This document shows, piece after piece, positions 59,501 through 64,000 of a stretch of 64,000 nucleotides of DNA (position 1 is its first letter; every line of letters begins with the position of its first letter). Position numbers and translations under genes: made by a program. The notes under the pieces are model-generated. The model worked only from the letters and a program-made list of their open reading frames with translations, was not told the origin of the DNA and searched no databases. This stretch comes from Candidatus Multivoradales bacterium (GTDB lineage: Bacteria > Acidobacteriota > Thermoanaerobaculia > Multivoradales > JAHEKO01): NCBI GenBank assembly GCA_965223155.1, contig CBDCVR010000014.1, forward strand, positions 1,024,001 to 1,088,000. The letters run 5' to 3'.

Positions 59501-60054
59501 ACGAGGCCGCCACGCACGGCGAACCCACCCAGGTCGGTCACCAGATCGACGCGCTCGAAGCCCAAGAGCGTCAGCCGCCGGGCGAGCTCGTCCAGGCCGA
59601 GTTCGTCACCCGGAGCCAGGCGGAGGGCACGGCCACTCAGCTCTTCGGGATCGGGCAATCGGCGCACGAGGCCCGCCGAGGTCGCCACCAGAAGATCCAG
59701 GCGGCCACGATGGAAGCGATCCAGCGCGACGACCTCCTGGGCTCGCACCGAGAGCGGCGTGGGCGTCGCCTGGTAGGGCGAGAGCGAAGGCGCGGTGAAC
59801 GACTCGGCCTCGACCCCGGCCAACCGGGCGCCTTCGACCCAGGCGATGGCCGCCGACTCACGCGGCACCACCACCAGGGCGGGGCGGCCGCGGGCGCGGG
59901 CGAGCGCACCGAGGACCCAGCCGGCGGCCTCGGCGGACAGGCCGGTGGCCCACCGCCCTCCCTCGGCAAGCGCGCCAAAAGCGGGCGTCGCGCGCAATTT
60001 CTCGTCGTATCGAGTCCAGAGTGAGCTCATCGAAGGTTGCGTCTTTCGTCCCAT
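56530..60054 (-). CDS. mfd: Transcription-repair coupling factor
   Basis: GDFVVH..HGIG (RID), CGDVGFGKTEVA, DEEQRFG, TATP, QLRGRVGR, RDLEIRGAG, TRCF domain. Alternative start 60030. Confidence 0.97.
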   Translation of the reverse strand: MGRKTQPSMSSLWTRYDEKLRATPAFGALAEGGRWATGLSAEAAGWVLGALARARGRPALVVVPRESAAIAWVEGARLAGVEAESFTAPSLSPYQATPTPLSVRAQEVVALDRFHRGRLDLLVATSAGLVRRLPDPEELSGRALRLAPGDELGLDELARRLTLLGFERVDLVTDLGGFAVRGGLVDLFPAGRELPVRVDFFGDEVESMRSFEPSDQRSHDPLTELRILPLHLVALGEDAMAGVAAELAEVLATTEPAEGWAREGRERVELLELGRAFPGWEEMVPAVEEPGRPSADLFAWSGSVGWLVVFEPEEVRTELAGHRERAAADFERSLARGLPAPPPERLLQPPEVLEEKLAAADLLLAAEAPAEAVNFKAQRTEVFHTQLARFRTEVEAAGARGERVVLVAPPRHHGRLESFCESYGIGHPGRPLERAADGRLGASVEIVGGELTRGFRLESIGLVLVGEDQLFRRVAPRRRRLGSVFFAGLRDLKVGDFVVHRDHGIGQFVGLRTLDGAAAADPVPETLRTAAPAGAGAVAELLEIAYGADKTLLLPASGLDRLQRYQGFEGVQPKLDRLGGTSWSRKKQRVRAGMRRMAGDLLKLYAERQVAKAPPMGPDTDLQRQFEAAFDYEPTPDQVEAAGSVKRDLESERPMDRLLCGDVGFGKTEVAMRAAFKAVDGGYQVAVLAPTTILADQHLETFRRRFAGFPVEVDMVSRFRSGRGIADVRERLATGRIDILIGTHRLLNQDLSFERLGLLVIDEEQRFGVAQKERLRKLKKNVHVLAMTATPVPRTLQLSLAGVRDLSTIETPPRDRMSVETAIVPFGRQLIREAIEYELDRNGQIYYVFNRVETITEMAEELREIVPRARLVVGHGQLPEGELARRMHAFKAGDYDLLLATTIIENGIDIPNVNTILVHRADRFGLAQLYQLRGRVGRSRRLGYCYLLTPEDRVLTEVSRKRLEAIREFTELGAGFRVAARDLEIRGAGDLLGAEQSGHISAVGLETYLKMLEETVQELQGKALGSDVSTAIELPIDWTIPTDYVPQQNLRLELYRQIAAAERPVEEIVAELRDRFGEPPAQVFRLLEVAGLKGLAERLKVQAISARAGDLLIRFRQDTPVRAEELIRFVGEHPEASFSPTGVLTCADVPTEQLVARALETLTAVTGDEGGASG

Positions 60055-60210
60055 CTGCCCCGAAGCGGGCTCCGAGCGGCACGGCGGGCGGCGTCCCGAG
60101 TCTAATTCCCGGACGGGGCCGTCACCACGCTGAATTCGATCCGGAGAGGCCGTCGCCGCACGGCTCGCTAGCGGATGCTACGATCGCGCTCGCACAAGGA
60201 GACCTGGCTG

Positions 60211-61584
60211 ATGAAACGAGCGATTCTGGCGCTGACCCTCCTCCTCGTCGTGGTGACGAGCTCGTCTTTTCCGAGCGCGGCCGCGAAGGCCCCGGCCGCC
60301 GGTGAGGCGGTCTCAACCGAGGCCTCGCACGGCGCCGAAGAAGGCGACCACGGCGGGCACCACAGTCCGGTGACACCGGTTCTGCTGGGTCTCGTGATTA
60401 TTCTCATCGCCGCCAAGCTGGGCGGCGAGATCGCCGAGCGCGTCCATCAGCCCGCGGTGCTGGGAGAGCTCATCGCCGGTGTGGTGATCGGCAATCTGGG
60501 GCTCTTCGGCTTCGGTGCTCTCGACTTCCTGGCCACCAACGAAGGCATCATGATCCTGGCCGAGCTGGGCGTCGTCCTGCTGCTGTTCGAGGTCGGCATG
60601 GAGTCGAACGTGAGCGAGATGCTCTCGGTCGGCGCCTCGAGCTTGATGGTCGCGCTTCTCGGCGTCGTCGCGCCCTTCTTTCTGGGCTGGGGGGTTTCCG
60701 CCTGGTTCCTGCCGCAGGAGGATCTGCTCGTCCATCTCTTCATCGGGGCCACCCTGTGCGCAACCAGCGTCGGCATCACGGCCCGGGTCCTGACCGATCT
60801 GGGCAAGATCCAGACGCGCGAGTCCAAGATCATCCTGGGCGCCGCGGTCATCGACGACGTCTTGGGCCTGGTGATTCTGGCTGTGGTCTCGGGCGTCATC
60901 TCGGCGGCCAACACCGGCGGCACGCTCGCGACCGGCGACATCCTGGCCATCATCCTCAAGGCGGCCGGCTTCCTGGTGGGCGCCATCCTCATCGGCTCCT
61001 GGCTCTCGCCGCGCATGTTCCGCCTGGCCAGCCGCCTGCGTATCCGCGGCATGCTCCTGACGTTGTCGCTGGTGTTTTGCTTCCTGCTGGCGTATCTGGC
61101 CAACGCCATCGAGCTGGCTCCGATCGTGGGCGCCTTTGCCGCCGGCCTGATTCTCGACCAGGTCCACTACCGAGACTTCCTGGACCGCGGCGATCACGAC
61201 TTGGAAGAGCTGATCCACCCGATCACGGTGTTTCTTGTGCCGGTCTTCTTCGTCCTGATGGGCATCAAGGTCGATCTCTCGACCTTCGGCCGCGTCGAGG
61301 TCCTGGGCTTCGCCGCGGTGCTCTCGATCGCGGCCATCATCGGCAAGATGCTGTGCGCGCTGGGCGTCCTGGAGAAGGAGCTGGACCGCATCTCGGTGGC
61401 CGTGGGCATGGTGCCGCGAGGCGAGGTCGGCCTCATCTTCGCGGGCATTGGCGCCTCGCTCGTGCTGCGCGGTCAGCCGGTGATCTCGGTGCCGGTCTTC
61501 TCGGCGGTGGTCATCATGGTGATCGTGACCACGCTGATCACGCCGCCGGTCCTCAAGATCACGCTGAACCGCGGCGACGGCTAG
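60211..61584 (+). CDS. CPA2 (NapA-like) cation:proton antiporter
   Basis: QPAVLGEL, LLFEVGME, ATSVGIT, AAVIDDV, IVGAFAAG, GMVPRGEVG; RBS AAGGAG. Confidence 0.92.
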   Translation: MKRAILALTLLLVVVTSSSFPSAAAKAPAAGEAVSTEASHGAEEGDHGGHHSPVTPVLLGLVIILIAAKLGGEIAERVHQPAVLGELIAGVVIGNLGLFGFGALDFLATNEGIMILAELGVVLLLFEVGMESNVSEMLSVGASSLMVALLGVVAPFFLGWGVSAWFLPQEDLLVHLFIGATLCATSVGITARVLTDLGKIQTRESKIILGAAVIDDVLGLVILAVVSGVISAANTGGTLATGDILAIILKAAGFLVGAILIGSWLSPRMFRLASRLRIRGMLLTLSLVFCFLLAYLANAIELAPIVGAFAAGLILDQVHYRDFLDRGDHDLEELIHPITVFLVPVFFVLMGIKVDLSTFGRVEVLGFAAVLSIAAIIGKMLCALGVLEKELDRISVAVGMVPRGEVGLIFAGIGASLVLRGQPVISVPVFSAVVIMVIVTTLITPPVLKITLNRGDG

Positions 61585-61608
61585 GCCCTACTGCCGGTCG
61601 GAGCTGCC

Positions 61609-63338
<1,730 letters not shown>

Positions 63339-63489
63339 TCACCGGATGGTGGCGAGCTGCCCGCCCGCCGGCCCGGCCCCAGCCCCGAAGAATAGCACCC
63401 GGCCAGGGTCCTTCGAGGCGGGTCGGAGGAGGCTTCGCGGGCCGCGGGTTCGGCGTCACTGGACCCCGGTGGGGCTGGGCTGGCTCCAG

Positions 63490-63518
63490 TTGACACGTCC
63501 AGGACCTTGTGGCACTCT
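63490..63518 (+). promoter_or_regulatory. Sigma70-type promoter of the tRNA gene
   Basis: TTGACA (63490-63495), 17-nt spacer, CACTCT with upstream TG. Confidence 0.6.
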
Positions 63519-63564
63519 CTCGGACCCGGTTTTCGGGGCGGTTCGCCAAGGCGGACCGCGGTGG

Positions 63565-63642
<78 letters not shown>

Positions 63643-63651
63643 GTCAGACAT

Positions 63652-63682
63652 CGAGCCGTCTTCGGACGGCTCGTTTTCTTTT
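63652..63682 (+). terminator. Intrinsic terminator after the tRNA
   Basis: CGAGCCGTC-TTCG-GACGGCTCG followed by TTTTCTTTT. Confidence 0.9.
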
Positions 63683-63704
63683 GGGTCCAGGATAAGATCG
63701 TGCC

Positions 63705-64000
63705 GTGCCGGAGTCGTACCCAGAGAACCTGACCACCCCCGTGCTGCTCATGGCCACGCCGCAGGTGCAGGATCCGTTCTTCGAGCGGGCGGTCGTGCTG
63801 CTTCTGCATCACGACGAGGACGGCAGCTTCGGGTTCAACCTGAACCGGCCGACGACCGTGTCCATCTCCGAGATCTTGACCGATCTGGAGATCGATTGGC
63901 AGGGCGATCCCACGACCTGCGCCTACCTGGGCGGACCGGTACAGCCGCAGCTCGGAACCGTTCTATTCGGCGAGCCCGGCACGCCGATCATCGTTTCCGA
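63705..64000 (+). CDS. YqgE/AlgH-family protein (partial, runs off right edge)
   Basis: Hand translation: LLMATPQVQDPFFERAVVLLLHHDEDGSFGFNLNRP..YLGGPV. Confidence 0.88.
   Translation, partial: MPESYPENLTTPVLLMATPQVQDPFFERAVVLLLHHDEDGSFGFNLNRPTTVSISEILTDLEIDWQGDPTTCAYLGGPVQPQLGTVLFGEPGTPIIVS

Noticed and set aside
63378-63490. SRP RNA or 6S RNA call for the eno-tRNA spacer
   Set aside because: No SRP domain IV signature (CAGG..GGAA..AGCAG), too short for 6S, and it overlaps the eno promoter; kept only as a weak finding

Overview
High-GC bacterial chromosomal segment. The gene content (GWxTD/VWA proteins, a DUF3738-like BlaR1 tail, gene order) suggests Acidobacteriota, possibly Thermoanaerobaculia; this is inference. 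Most of the window is housekeeping: prmC-murA-HIT-Slt, a split glutaminase+nadE, rsmI, iscS-mnmA, maf, trmJ, eda, apgM, argS, a fused E1 alpha/beta dehydrogenase, the dcw cluster mraZ..ftsZ (no murB or ddl), mfd with two SurA/PPIases, a CPA2 antiporter, eno-ftsB, initiator tRNA-Met and a partial yqgE. I see no CRISPR, rRNA, transposase or integrase. The best candidate for an undescribed system is a five-gene minus-strand operon at 31646-35945. It encodes an uncharacterised helical protein, a soluble SPFH+Zn-ribbon protein and three YdjG-like Zn-ribbon paralogs, has no PspA, and is preceded by a triple tandem Shine-Dalgarno repeat and a palindrome. Other points of interest are a BlaI/BlaR1 pair whose sensor carries two TonB-C-like domains, tandem GWxTD-Ig-VWA paralogs, and many -10 boxes placed for leaderless translation. 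All family calls come from reading motifs by eye; no searches were run.
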